Shown one piece after another: positions 9,616 to 19,101 of a DNA stretch of 64,000 bases (positions are counted from its first letter, which is position 1; each line of letters begins with the position of its first letter). This stretch comes from Thermoplasmata archaeon (GTDB lineage: Archaea; Thermoplasmatota; Thermoplasmata; Thermoplasmatales; GCA-001856825). Below the pieces are notes generated by a model. It was not told the origin of the DNA. It saw only the letters and a list, made by a program, of their open reading frames with translations, and did not search any database. The translations under genes and the position numbers were made by a program. The stretch is from assembly GCA_021792255.1 (NCBI GenBank), contig JAJYUZ010000002.1:192001-256000 (forward strand), given 5' to 3'.

Positions 9616-11136
9616 GTGAAAATTATGAATTATGTGGAATGTGTACCCAACTACAGCGAAGGGAAAGACAGGAACAAGGTCGAGTCTATTATAGAGTCAA
9701 TCAAGAAATATCCTGTCGACGTGATAGACGTCGAAATGAATGCCGATCACAACAGGTCCGTCGTGACTATAGTAGGAGACGGAGAGTCGATGGTCGACGC
9801 AATGTTCGAATCGATTAAGAGAGCAAGCGAGCTCATCGATCTCGATTCGCATAAGGGGGAGCATCCGAGATTTGGAGCGACAGACGTTGTTCCTTTCGTT
9901 CCGTTGCTCGGAACAACCAAGGAATACTGTGTTGAGCTGGCAAAAAGGTTGGCTGTGAGAGTTGGTGACGAACTCGGAATACCCGTATTCTTGTATGGAG
10001 AGGCTGCCAATTTACCCTCGAGGAAGGAACTGCCGGATATAAGAAGTGAGAAATTTCAGTACGAACAACTTAAGGAGGCCATTTCAAAGGAAGAAAAGTA
10101 CGCACCAGATTTTGGTCCAAAGCACTTGGGTAAAGCAGGTGCGACGATTATTGGCGCGAGAGAATTCCTGATAGCTTTTAATGTGGATTTCAAATCTGAG
10201 GACCTAAAATCGACCAAGGAGATAGCGAAGAGAACAAGGGAAAGGTCCGGAGGACTGAAGAATGTGAGGGCACTTGGATTCAACCTGAGCGAAACGAAGG
10301 AAACACAGGTGTCAATGAATTTAGTGAACTACAAGGACAGCCCCGTACCTGAAATATTTGAGCACGTGAAGAGAGAGGCGCAATCGAGAGGGCTGCAAGT
10401 CAGCAGGTCCGAACTAGTCGGCATGATTCCGCTTCGGGCCGTAGAAGAAATTTACAGATTCTATTTGATGAACAGAGATTTTTCAGAAAATCAGATACTC
10501 GAGAAAAAGCTGCTCGAAATATTCTCGAAAGACAGCATAAAGGGTTACATAGGAGAACTGGCGAGTGATAAACCCGCACCAGGTGGAGGGTCAGCGAGCG
10601 GTATGGTGGGAGCGATGGGGGCTGCGCTCGTGGCAATGGTAGCAGGGCTTACGATCGGAAAGAAGGGTTATGAGGATGCAGCTGGTAAAATGAAGATAAT
10701 TCAGAAGGTGGGCTCTGAGGCAGCATGGCAACTTTACAATCAGTCGGACAGAGACACCAGGGCGTACGATAATCTATCGAAGTCGCTCTCCCTCCCGAAG
10801 GATACTTCTGCAGAAAAGGAGGAGAGGACAAGGAAAATTCAGGAGAGACTCAAGGAAGCTACTCGCGTACCGTACGACACTGGAAAAATTGCCGCTTCCT
10901 TGCTTGACTATCTCCCCATTTTGATAGAGAGGGGTAACAAGAATGCGGTTTCGGATGTTTACTGCGCATCGCTCTTTCTGTCTTCTGCGGTCTATGGTTC
11001 GATGCAAAACGTGAAGATTAACTTAGGGCTAATAAAGGACCAAGCATTCGCTGAGGAGTACAAGAAGAAGATGGAGGAGCTGAGGGAGGAGACTAGAAAG
11101 AAGACAGAGGACATATTCAATAATATGTGGAAATGA
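9616..11136 (+). CDS. ftcd: Fused glutamate formiminotransferase / formiminotetrahydrofolate cyclodeaminase
   Basis: ECVPNYSEG, DHNRSV, HKGEHPRFGATDVVPF; C-terminal PAPGGGSA..GNKNAVSD cyclodeaminase domain. Confidence 0.93.
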   Translation: MKIMNYVECVPNYSEGKDRNKVESIIESIKKYPVDVIDVEMNADHNRSVVTIVGDGESMVDAMFESIKRASELIDLDSHKGEHPRFGATDVVPFVPLLGTTKEYCVELAKRLAVRVGDELGIPVFLYGEAANLPSRKELPDIRSEKFQYEQLKEAISKEEKYAPDFGPKHLGKAGATIIGAREFLIAFNVDFKSEDLKSTKEIAKRTRERSGGLKNVRALGFNLSETKETQVSMNLVNYKDSPVPEIFEHVKREAQSRGLQVSRSELVGMIPLRAVEEIYRFYLMNRDFSENQILEKKLLEIFSKDSIKGYIGELASDKPAPGGGSASGMVGAMGAALVAMVAGLTIGKKGYEDAAGKMKIIQKVGSEAAWQLYNQSDRDTRAYDNLSKSLSLPKDTSAEKEERTRKIQERLKEATRVPYDTGKIAASLLDYLPILIERGNKNAVSDVYCASLFLSSAVYGSMQNVKINLGLIKDQAFAEEYKKKMEELREETRKKTEDIFNNMWK

Positions 11137-12788
11137 TGCCGGAAGGTGATTTAATGAAGATTGTGAATGAAATAGCAAAAGATTTAGGAATTACAGACGA
11201 TGAACTGGAATTTTATGGGAAATACATGGCTAAAGTGAACCCTAGTATACTTGGAAGGCTGTCCGGAAAACATAATGGAAAGATGATTCTGGTGACGGCC
11301 ATCAACCCCACTTCCGCAGGGGAAGGCAAGACTACAACAACGATAGGTCTTTCACAGGGTCTGAAAAAAATCGGAAAGAAAGTCATGGTCACGATTAGAG
11401 AGCCATCTCTCGGACCAAACTTCGGAATAAAGGGAGGTGGGACGGGGGGTGGAAAATGCCAGCTATTGCCGGCTGATGAAATTAACCTCAATTTTACCGG
11501 AGATTTCCCTGCCATATCGGCCGCTCACAATCTTCTCTCCGCACTCGTGAACAATCACGTCTTCCAAGGAAATGAACTAGGATTTGACCTGAAGAAGATT
11601 TCGTGGAAGAGAACGATTGATATGAACGATCGTTCCCTGAGACAGATTCTGGTGGGAATTGGTGATCAGGGAGGTGCGCTGGTCGAAGATACATTCCTCA
11701 TAACTCCCGCATCAGAGATAATGGCTATAATGGGGTTTGCGGAGAATTATGATATGCTGAAAGATATGCTTTCCAAGATAACGGTAGGTTATACCAAAGA
11801 AGGTAAGAGGATCACGGCCGGAGACTTGAAGGCACAAGGTGCTATGGCGGCCCTTCTCAAGAACACAATCAAGCCAAATCTTGTCCAATCGACCGAGGGG
11901 GTTCCGGGATTCGTTCATATCGGTCCTTTTGGTAACATAGCACACGGCCACAACAGTATAGTGGCGGACAAAATTGCTCTCAAGTTAGCGGATTATGTTA
12001 TCACGGAAGCTGGCTTCGGCTCAGAGTTGGGGGCACAGAAATTCGTAGATATAGTTCTCAGAAGAGCAGGATTTGATCTAGATTTAGTAGTCCTCGTAGT
12101 CTCCATAAAGGCTCTCAAACATCACGGAGGAATGAAGTCCACGGAGAAAGGAGGAGTAGAATTTCTTGAGAAAGGGATAGACAACTTGTTCTACCACATA
12201 GGAAACGTAGAGAGGTATGGCCTGCCTCTCATAATATCTCTCAACAGGTTCAAGGATGATCGGGAGAACGAGATCGAGTATTTGAAACGAGAAACCGAGA
12301 AAAAGGGTTACAGAATGGTCATTAACGAAGGCTACTCAAAAGGTGGGGATGGAGCCGTGGAATTTGCCCAGAGCGTGGTAGAAATGCTGGAAGCCAAGGC
12401 TTCCAATCCAAGAAATATCACCTTCTCATATGAGAGAGACGAGCCCGTCAAGACAAAAATTGACAAGATAGCCTCAAAAGTTTATGGAGCTTCAAAAATT
12501 GAATATTCCAAGAAGGCGTTGAGGGTTCTGAAGAGAGTGAAGGATGAAAGACTGGATTTCTTGGACGTCTGCATGGCGAAGACGCAGTACTCGATCACCG
12601 ATGATCAGACCAAGCTGGGATGGCCGAAGGACTTCACAATAACGATCGAAGATATAATGCTCTCCACGGGTGTCGGATTCGCGGTACCATTGCTCGGAGA
12701 GATCATGACGATGCCAGGGCTTCCAAAGCATCCCATCTCTGAGGAAGTTAATATAGATGAAAGGGGAAACATCACCGGGTTACTCTGA
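11127..12788 (+). CDS. fhs: Formate--tetrahydrofolate ligase
   Basis: TAINPTSAGEGKTT, REPSLGP, GPFGNIAHG, TEAGFG, MAKTQYS, MTMPGL. Confidence 0.97.
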   Translation: MEMMPEGDLMKIVNEIAKDLGITDDELEFYGKYMAKVNPSILGRLSGKHNGKMILVTAINPTSAGEGKTTTTIGLSQGLKKIGKKVMVTIREPSLGPNFGIKGGGTGGGKCQLLPADEINLNFTGDFPAISAAHNLLSALVNNHVFQGNELGFDLKKISWKRTIDMNDRSLRQILVGIGDQGGALVEDTFLITPASEIMAIMGFAENYDMLKDMLSKITVGYTKEGKRITAGDLKAQGAMAALLKNTIKPNLVQSTEGVPGFVHIGPFGNIAHGHNSIVADKIALKLADYVITEAGFGSELGAQKFVDIVLRRAGFDLDLVVLVVSIKALKHHGGMKSTEKGGVEFLEKGIDNLFYHIGNVERYGLPLIISLNRFKDDRENEIEYLKRETEKKGYRMVINEGYSKGGDGAVEFAQSVVEMLEAKASNPRNITFSYERDEPVKTKIDKIASKVYGASKIEYSKKALRVLKRVKDERLDFLDVCMAKTQYSITDDQTKLGWPKDFTITIEDIMLSTGVGFAVPLLGEIMTMPGLPKHPISEEVNIDERGNITGLL

Positions 12789-13995
12789 ATTTGTTACCGT
12801 GAAGGACGTAGAAGAAGCCTACGATAGGCTCAAGGGTGTCATAAAGAATACTCCCCTCGAAAGATCGAGCTCGATCAGTGAGCTCAGCGGAGCAGATGTA
12901 TTCCTCAAACTAGAAAATCTGCAGAAGGGTGGATCATTCAAGATAAGGGGGGCGTACAATCTTCTGAGCAGAGCTAAAAAAGATGTTGTTGCAGCCAGTG
13001 CGGGGAACCACTCGCAAGGGGTCGCACTTGCATCGTCATTGCTTGGCCTGAAGTCTCTCGTCGTGATGCCGCAGTTTGCACCGCCTATAAAGGTAATAGC
13101 CACTCAGAAGTACGGGGCCGAAGTCCTCCTCTACGGAAACACATTCGACGAGGCTGCGGAAAGGGCCAGAAAAATTTCTAGAGAGGAGGGGAAGGTATTC
13201 GCCCACGCTTTTGACAACAAGTACGTTATAGCCGGACAGGGTACAATAGGCATTGAAATTCTTCAAGAGATGAACGATTTTGATTACATCGTCATTCCTG
13301 TGGGAGGTGGAGGACTAATAGGAGGAATTGCCACCTACCTGAAAGAGAAGGGATACAGAGGCAAAATCATAGGTGTAGAAGCCGAGAATGCCGCAGCAAT
13401 GAAGATATCTCTCAAGCTGGGGAAACTTACGAAACTTGAATCGGTTGCGACGATCGCAGATGGCATCGCAGTAAAGTCTCCATCTGAATCCACGATGAGA
13501 ATAGCAATGAAGTATGTGGACCGAGTTGTGACGGTCAGCGACGAAGACATATCCACAGCGATGTTCACCTTGCTCGAAAGAGGAAAGATAGTTTCAGAAC
13601 CTGCAGGAGCTGCTTCCGTCGCGGCCTTGATAAAGGGAAAGATCGGGACCAAAGGTAAGAAGGTGGTAGCCCTCATATCGGGAGGGAACGTCGATATGCC
13701 TCTTCTCTCCCAGATAATAGAAAAGAATCTTCTCGAAACTGGCAGGGAGTTTATTCTCAGTTTCATCGTCAACAACATTCCGTCTGAGATGAAGAAGGCG
13801 ATAGAACTGTTTTCAGAGATGAAGCTGAATGTGGAGGAGCTCCACACTGAACTGTTCGGCGAAGACATAGGCATAGGAAAACAGAAGATTACGGTCAAAT
13901 TGAAAATTTATGGAAACGAGAACCTCACAAAGATTAGGAATAGGTTTGACTCTCTGGGTTTCGATATAATCAGCATAAGGGGGGCAAAATTCTAG
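12757..13995 (+). CDS. ilvA: Threonine ammonia-lyase with C-terminal ACT-like domain
   Basis: LENLQKGGSFKIRGA, ASAGNHSQG, PVGGGGLI, SGGNVD. Confidence 0.9.
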   Translation: MKGETSPGYSEFVTVKDVEEAYDRLKGVIKNTPLERSSSISELSGADVFLKLENLQKGGSFKIRGAYNLLSRAKKDVVAASAGNHSQGVALASSLLGLKSLVVMPQFAPPIKVIATQKYGAEVLLYGNTFDEAAERARKISREEGKVFAHAFDNKYVIAGQGTIGIEILQEMNDFDYIVIPVGGGGLIGGIATYLKEKGYRGKIIGVEAENAAAMKISLKLGKLTKLESVATIADGIAVKSPSESTMRIAMKYVDRVVTVSDEDISTAMFTLLERGKIVSEPAGAASVAALIKGKIGTKGKKVVALISGGNVDMPLLSQIIEKNLLETGREFILSFIVNNIPSEMKKAIELFSEMKLNVEELHTELFGEDIGIGKQKITVKLKIYGNENLTKIRNRFDSLGFDIISIRGAKF

Positions 13996-14185
13996 TGTAC
14001 CCCGGAATTAACAAGGAGAATCATTATCATCCCCTCTGACCTTTCCGGGGATGTGGGACTTCTTCTGGCCTTGAGTTCACAGATAGGCGACACGCCATAA
14101 CTCACTAAGGGGCCCAAAAATCCCTATAGTTCCCCGTCGTCCAGCATCTATCACTTATCAAGCGCTATTCCATAGGGAACGAACT
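13993..14185 (-). ncRNA. Box H/ACA pseudouridylation guide RNA, three hairpins
   Basis: Three stem-loops (14180-14129, 14124-14055, 14050-14000), each followed by an ANA box (AUA 14127-14125, ACA 14054-14052, ACA 13998-13996). Hairpins 1 and 3 have internal pockets and apical UGA..GAU K-loops. Confidence 0.8.
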
Positions 14186-14193
14186 AAAATATA

Positions 14194-14595
14194 TTATCGA
14201 CTCTTAACTTTTTCGAATCTAGCTATGACTCTGGTCTTGAGTCCCCCTCTAGCCTTAAACTCGCCAACAACTGCCATAAACCTTGGGGAAACGCTTTTCA
14301 CAAGATCTTCCAGAATCTTGTTTACTGCGTTCTCCTGAAAAATTCCGACGTTCCTGTACCTGTGCAGGTAGAGCTTGAATGACTTCAATTCGATTATCTT
14401 CTTGTCGGGGAGATAGTGCACTGTTATCTTCCCAAAATCAGGCATACCTGTCTTCGGGCAGATTGAGGTGAACTCGTCAGTCTCTATGGTTACGTGAGTT
14501 GAATTCTCTTGGTAGGGGAAAATAACCGAATCGATTTTCCCGAGGTCAAGATTCTTGATGCTCTTCTGCAAGTTCTCGTACTCTGACACTCTCAA
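14194..14595 (-). CDS. queF: NADPH-dependent preQ0 reductase, type I (preQ1 synthase)
   Basis: EFTSICPKTGMPDF (catalytic Cys/Asp), QueF motif ELKSFKLYL, FQEN, ARGG. Confidence 0.93.
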   Translation of the reverse strand: MRVSEYENLQKSIKNLDLGKIDSVIFPYQENSTHVTIETDEFTSICPKTGMPDFGKITVHYLPDKKIIELKSFKLYLHRYRNVGIFQENAVNKILEDLVKSVSPRFMAVVGEFKARGGLKTRVIARFEKVKSR

Positions 14596-14726
14596 GATAT
14601 CATAAACATCTAAATCAAGATTCCCTGACTGGGTCGGTTTTTACGAACTCTTTCTTTTTATTGAAAATTTAAAGGCGAGACTGTATTTACCAAAACTATT
14701 TTTAAGACGTATTACTCAGACAACCA

Positions 14727-15641
14727 ATGAAATCTCGTGTGGTCCTGATCGCACTCTTGCTAGTGGTTGCGGGATTGGTGATTTTCATCTACCACGAAAA
14801 CTACAGCAAGCAGAATACCCCTACTGGTTCCCATGTCTATCTCGGTGCAGTGTACTCAGGTCAGACCAAGTACACGAACTATATTTCTGCAAACGTTGAT
14901 TTCGGGAATGGCGCCAATCTAAAGAACAACATCTACTACATCGTACTCTCAATATGGGACAGCAATCATAGCTACGACCAACTTGGGATCTCCTCCCTTT
15001 ACGGAAAGTTTTATTCCACTTACTCTTACACTGAGACTGTTAATGGAAGCATTAAGTACATATTCGATCCACACTGGTTTCAGATAAAGCCCGGTCTTCA
15101 CTCTCTCTCGATGTATGTGAACAATGGAAATGTCGTTTTCAAGTTCGACACTTACTCATATACTGCATATACCGGAGGATATAATTTTGCAATTGAGACG
15201 AATGAGAAGATCGGGAACCATTCATTCAGCGGCCTCACTATTTACGAGGAGATATACGGTTTCAACAAAACCCTTCCTTCCATCTCGTTCAACTTTTCCC
15301 AGGTGTTATTCGGGACGACAGGATATCCAACTGGGTACGTGACGCAGTGGTACCAGTTCTATCACAACCTGACGGATAATTACACGTCACTCGTGTATAT
15401 GAGGTCGGATACAGTAAACATATACAACGCTCCTTCACTGACGCTGAAAATTACGGTACAAAATCTTCCGACTTCTGCAAATCTGATAATTTCTGACCTG
15501 AACTTAACGATACCCGGAAGCGGACAGTATCCGATCAATCTACTGGAAGGGAACTACACAATCTATCTTGTCTATCAGGGGCAGACGAAGTCATACAATG
15601 TGACCTTGAGTTCAAACACTGATTACACGATAACCGCATGA
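14727..15641 (+). CDS. Membrane-anchored/secreted beta-rich protein, possibly glutamic peptidase (G1)-like
   Basis: N-terminal TM/signal; Y/N/T/S-rich with many NxS/T sequons; YDQLG and IYEE motifs. Confidence 0.55.
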   Translation: MKSRVVLIALLLVVAGLVIFIYHENYSKQNTPTGSHVYLGAVYSGQTKYTNYISANVDFGNGANLKNNIYYIVLSIWDSNHSYDQLGISSLYGKFYSTYSYTETVNGSIKYIFDPHWFQIKPGLHSLSMYVNNGNVVFKFDTYSYTAYTGGYNFAIETNEKIGNHSFSGLTIYEEIYGFNKTLPSISFNFSQVLFGTTGYPTGYVTQWYQFYHNLTDNYTSLVYMRSDTVNIYNAPSLTLKITVQNLPTSANLIISDLNLTIPGSGQYPINLLEGNYTIYLVYQGQTKSYNVTLSSNTDYTITA

Positions 15642-15758
15642 CCGAAGCGACAACCCGTCCTCCTACACAGCAAAAGCTCCGTTTGCCACGATAGTCTGGT
15701 TGGATCGGATAGACGTGACATCGCCCAAACTTTTTATATTCTCATAAAATACCCAAAG

Positions 15759-15785
15759 ACCAATGACTGAAAAGGTGAAGGAGGT
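15759..15785 (+). promoter_or_regulatory. Kink-turn in the rpl7ae 5' UTR overlapping the SD
   Basis: ACC-AAU-GA-CU-GAAAAGGUGA-AG-GA-GGU; TATA-like TTTTTATA at about 15731. Confidence 0.65.
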
Positions 15786-15791
15786 AAGATA

Positions 15792-16160
15792 ATGGCAGAA
15801 ACTAGTTATGTAAGATTCCAAACGCCCGACGACTTAAGGACGAAAGCGCTACAGCTCGTAGAGGTTTCATCAGAGACGGGAAAGGTTAGGAAAGGAACGA
15901 ATGAAGTGACAAAGGTAGTGGAGAGGGGAGAGGCAAAGATAGTTGTTATAGCTGAAGATATTCAGCCCCCAGAAGTAGTACTTCACATACCTTTACTGTG
16001 CGAAGAAAAGGGAATACCCTATTTCTATGTACAGAAGAAGGAAGACCTTGGACAGAAGGTAAAGCTCAAGAGTTCGGCTGCTGTTGCAGTTGTTGAACCG
16101 GGCAACGGAAAACAGTTACTGACTGAGCTCACGGACAAGTTCAAGGAAATTAAGAAATAA
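15792..16160 (+). CDS. rpl7ae: Ribosomal protein L7Ae (eL8)
   Basis: GKVRKGTNEVTK, IAEDIQPPEVVLHIPLLCEEK. Confidence 0.98.
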   Translation: MAETSYVRFQTPDDLRTKALQLVEVSSETGKVRKGTNEVTKVVERGEAKIVVIAEDIQPPEVVLHIPLLCEEKGIPYFYVQKKEDLGQKVKLKSSAAVAVVEPGNGKQLLTELTDKFKEIKK

Positions 16161-16173
16161 AGAGTGATAGAAA

Positions 16174-16386
16174 ATGCCAGAGAACGACGCCATTCCTTGC
16201 GAGGTCGTGGAGCTTGTTGGGAGGACAGGAATGGCCGGCGAAGCAACTCAGGTTAAGATCAAGGTGCTGGCGGGAGGAGACCAGGGCAGAGTCCTGACAA
16301 GGAACGTAATGGGGCCCGTCAGAATCGGTGACATTCTCATGCTAAAAGAAACGGCCAGAGAAGCAAGGAAACTCTCGGTGAGGTAA
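16174..16386 (+). CDS. rps28e: Ribosomal protein S28e
   Basis: [32 protein letters not shown]. Confidence 0.98.
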   Translation: MPENDAIPCEVVELVGRTGMAGEATQVKIKVLAGGDQGRVLTRNVMGPVRIGDILMLKETAREARKLSVR

Positions 16387-16391
16387 CTGCG

Positions 16392-16688
16392 ATGGAAACC
16401 AGGTATTGTTCATTCTGTGGATCCAAGATAGAGCACGGAACTGGAAAAATGTACATAAGAAGAGATGGTTCCATCTTGTATTTTGACGCTTCAAAGTGCG
16501 AAAAGAATTTCCTTAAGCTTCATCGGGAACCAAGAAGGGTCCGATGGACAGAAGAAGGAAGAGAAGAGAAATCACAGAGAATCAAGTTCTCCAAGGAAAC
16601 GGTCCAAAAAGCAAAAGCTGCTGGCGTTGACACGGAGAAGAAAGCAGAAGAGGGCAAGGAAACAGTTGAGCCTCCAAAAGAGAGCTAA
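16392..16688 (+). CDS. rpl24e: Ribosomal protein L24e
   Basis: CSFCG..GTGKMYIRRDG..SKC..PRRVRWT. Confidence 0.97.
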   Translation: METRYCSFCGSKIEHGTGKMYIRRDGSILYFDASKCEKNFLKLHREPRRVRWTEEGREEKSQRIKFSKETVQKAKAAGVDTEKKAEEGKETVEPPKES

Positions 16689-16700
16689 GAGGGTGATCTT

Positions 16701-17141
16701 TTGAGAACTCTAGTTTTGATTAAACCCGATGGCGTCATCAGATCTAAGATTGGTGAAATAATTTCGAGGTTCGAAAACAAGGGACTCAAAATAGTTGCGT
16801 TGAAGATGGTCAAGCTGACGAAGCAGAAAGCGGAACAGCACTATGCAGTTCACAAGGGGAAACCGTTCTACGATTCGCTCCTCAACTACATCACATCAGG
16901 GCCACTCATAGCTATAATGATTGAGGGGGATAACTGCATTGAAATCGTTAGGAAGCTCGTTGGAGCTACTAACGGAGCTAAGGCAGAACCCGGCACGATA
17001 AGAGGAGATTTCTCCACAGGAATCGACTTCAATCTGATTCACGCTAGCGATTCAGAAGATTCAGCAGCCTACGAGATGCCGATATTTTTCGAAGAGAAAG
17101 AAATCATGAGCTACGAGAGGGCAGATAAAGCTTGGCTGTGA
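16701..17141 (+). CDS. ndk: Nucleoside diphosphate kinase
   Basis: LIKPDGV, PGTIRGDF, NLIHASDS. Confidence 0.98.
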   Translation: MRTLVLIKPDGVIRSKIGEIISRFENKGLKIVALKMVKLTKQKAEQHYAVHKGKPFYDSLLNYITSGPLIAIMIEGDNCIEIVRKLVGATNGAKAEPGTIRGDFSTGIDFNLIHASDSEDSAAYEMPIFFEEKEIMSYERADKAWL

Positions 17142-17147
17142 TATCAT

Positions 17148-18878
17148 ATGTGGGTCAGGCAACCAATCGTAGGGGTCCTTGGCCATGTGGACCATGGCAA
17201 GACTTCACTTCTCGATAATATCCGTGGAGGAGTAGTCGCCGCAAGAGAAGCTGGTGGAATTACCCAGCACATTGGGGCCACCGAGGTTCCTATTCAGGAA
17301 ATAGTCAGAATCTGCAAGGACATTATTGGAAACAAGGCTTTCAAAATCCCCGGATTATTATTTATAGATACTCCAGGGCACGAATCGTTTTCGAGTCTCA
17401 GAATAAGAGGCGGGTCTATAGCAGATATTGCAGTCCTCGTGATAGACGTGAGAGAAGGTATCATGCCACAGACTAGGGAATCTCTTGAAGTTCTGAAGAA
17501 GTTCAAGACGCCCTTCGTCGTCGCAGCCAATAAGGTTGACCTTGTTGAGGGATTCTCCGGGTTAAAGGGCGCCTTTATTCCTTCAACAAGGACAATAGAA
17601 CAATCACGAATCGAGGAGCTAGACAACAAGCTCTTCCAGCTTTCTTCCCAGCTTTATAGGGAAGGTTTCAGTGCTGACAGGTACGACAGAATATCGGATT
17701 TTGCCAGAAACGTCGCAATCGTTCCCTTGTCCGCTAAAACGGGATACGGTGTTCCAGATTTGCTAATGGTGCTTTCGGGACTAGCCCAAACTTTTCTGGA
17801 GTCGCAACTCACGAATGAGGACGAAACTGCGGAGGGAACAATCCTAGAGGTCAGGGAGGAAAAGGGGATGGGAGAGGTTTCGGACGCAATCCTCTACAGT
17901 GGAGTCATGAAAAGAGGGGAGACAGTATTCACAGGAACTGTGGATGGCATAAAGGCACTTAAGATCAAGGGAATATTCAAGCCTAAACCGCTCGATGAAA
18001 TCAGGGATCCAAGGGACAGATTTCTTCCAGTTTCGGAAGTTCGGGCCGCATCAGGAATCAGAATTCTGTTTCAGGGAGAAGGAGGAGTCATACCGGGTAG
18101 TCCCTTTAAGGAAGCATCTGGGGATCTTATTTCCCTGAAGAAGTCAATTGAAGATGCAATAACAGGCTCCTTTAAACCTTCTTCAGAGGGTATCGTTGCT
18201 AAAGCTGATACAGTCGGAGGACTCGAGGCACTCGTCTACGAACTGGGGAGGATCAATGTGCCAATAAAGAAGGCGGAGGTTGGCCCAGTGTCGAAGAGAG
18301 ACTTTACTGAGGCTGGAACAAACAAAGTCCCAGAGGATAGAATCATAATAGCGTTCAACGTTCCTGTCGAGGTTAAGGAGTACGCTGATGTCAAGGTAAT
18401 TGAAAACAAAATTATCTACTCAATAAAGGACGACCTGATGAAGGTAAGAGAGGAGATCAAGCAGAGGGAACTCGAAGAAAAGAGAAGGTCACTGACTTTT
18501 CCCTGCAAGCTGCTAATAATGCCAGGCAACGTTTTCAGGATCTCTAAGCCTGCCATATTTGGAGTCAGGATACTTGGAGGGAAGCTAAGGGTCAAGACTC
18601 AGCTGATGAAAGTTGACGGATCCGAGGTCGGACCTGTCAAGAGTATCAGGACGGGCGAGCAGTCGCTTCAGGACGCAAAGCAGGGTGAAGAAGTCGCGAT
18701 TGCGATGGACGGAATCACGATAGGCAGACAGCTCAGGGAAGGCGATATTCTATACTCGGAAATCAACGAGAGGGATTTCAGACTCCTCAAAGAGGAGAAT
18801 CTGAACGTGGACGAAAGTATGATTATGGAAGAGATCAAGGGTCTGAGAAGGAAGACCAGTCCATTTTGGGGAAGCTAG
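17148..18878 (+). CDS. infB: Translation initiation factor aIF5B (IF-2)
   Basis: [27 protein letters not shown]. Confidence 0.97.
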   Translation: MWVRQPIVGVLGHVDHGKTSLLDNIRGGVVAAREAGGITQHIGATEVPIQEIVRICKDIIGNKAFKIPGLLFIDTPGHESFSSLRIRGGSIADIAVLVIDVREGIMPQTRESLEVLKKFKTPFVVAANKVDLVEGFSGLKGAFIPSTRTIEQSRIEELDNKLFQLSSQLYREGFSADRYDRISDFARNVAIVPLSAKTGYGVPDLLMVLSGLAQTFLESQLTNEDETAEGTILEVREEKGMGEVSDAILYSGVMKRGETVFTGTVDGIKALKIKGIFKPKPLDEIRDPRDRFLPVSEVRAASGIRILFQGEGGVIPGSPFKEASGDLISLKKSIEDAITGSFKPSSEGIVAKADTVGGLEALVYELGRINVPIKKAEVGPVSKRDFTEAGTNKVPEDRIIIAFNVPVEVKEYADVKVIENKIIYSIKDDLMKVREEIKQRELEEKRRSLTFPCKLLIMPGNVFRISKPAIFGVRILGGKLRVKTQLMKVDGSEVGPVKSIRTGEQSLQDAKQGEEVAIAMDGITIGRQLREGDILYSEINERDFRLLKEENLNVDESMIMEEIKGLRRKTSPFWGS

Positions 18879-18925
18879 AAGGCTATCCGAGAGACTTTTT
18901 ATCCATGAAAGTATACCCATGCCTC

Positions 18926-19099
18926 ATGGAATTCAATTCGCTTGAGTTCTGTACATCGTGCGGTACAGGCCTGCAGGAAAGAGGCGCAACAATGTTCAAG
19001 TGCCCCTCGTGCGGTCAAGAAACAATTAGCAGATGCAATAATTGCAGGGAACTTTCGGTCCAGTATCAGTGCCCCAAATGCGGATTTAGGGGGCCATAG
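18926..19099 (+). CDS. Small Zn-ribbon protein (HVO_2753/DUF1610-like)
   Basis: Four CxxC motifs ending CGFRGP; conserved position before aEF-1beta; likely ATG at 18926. Confidence 0.85.
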   Translation: MEFNSLEFCTSCGTGLQERGATMFKCPSCGQETISRCNNCRELSVQYQCPKCGFRGP

Positions 19100-19101
19100 A
19101 T

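Noticed and set aside
13996-14190. RNase P RNA, SRP RNA or IS200/IS605 end as the explanation of the structured intergenic region
   Set aside because: The conserved RNase P CR-I/CR-V and SRP helix-8 motifs are absent and there is no tnpB nearby; the H/ACA architecture fits better.
14596-14726. preQ1 riboswitch upstream of queF
   Set aside because: CTGGGTCG resembles a preQ1-I start but is on the wrong strand. The sense strand has no P1 stem with an A-rich tail.
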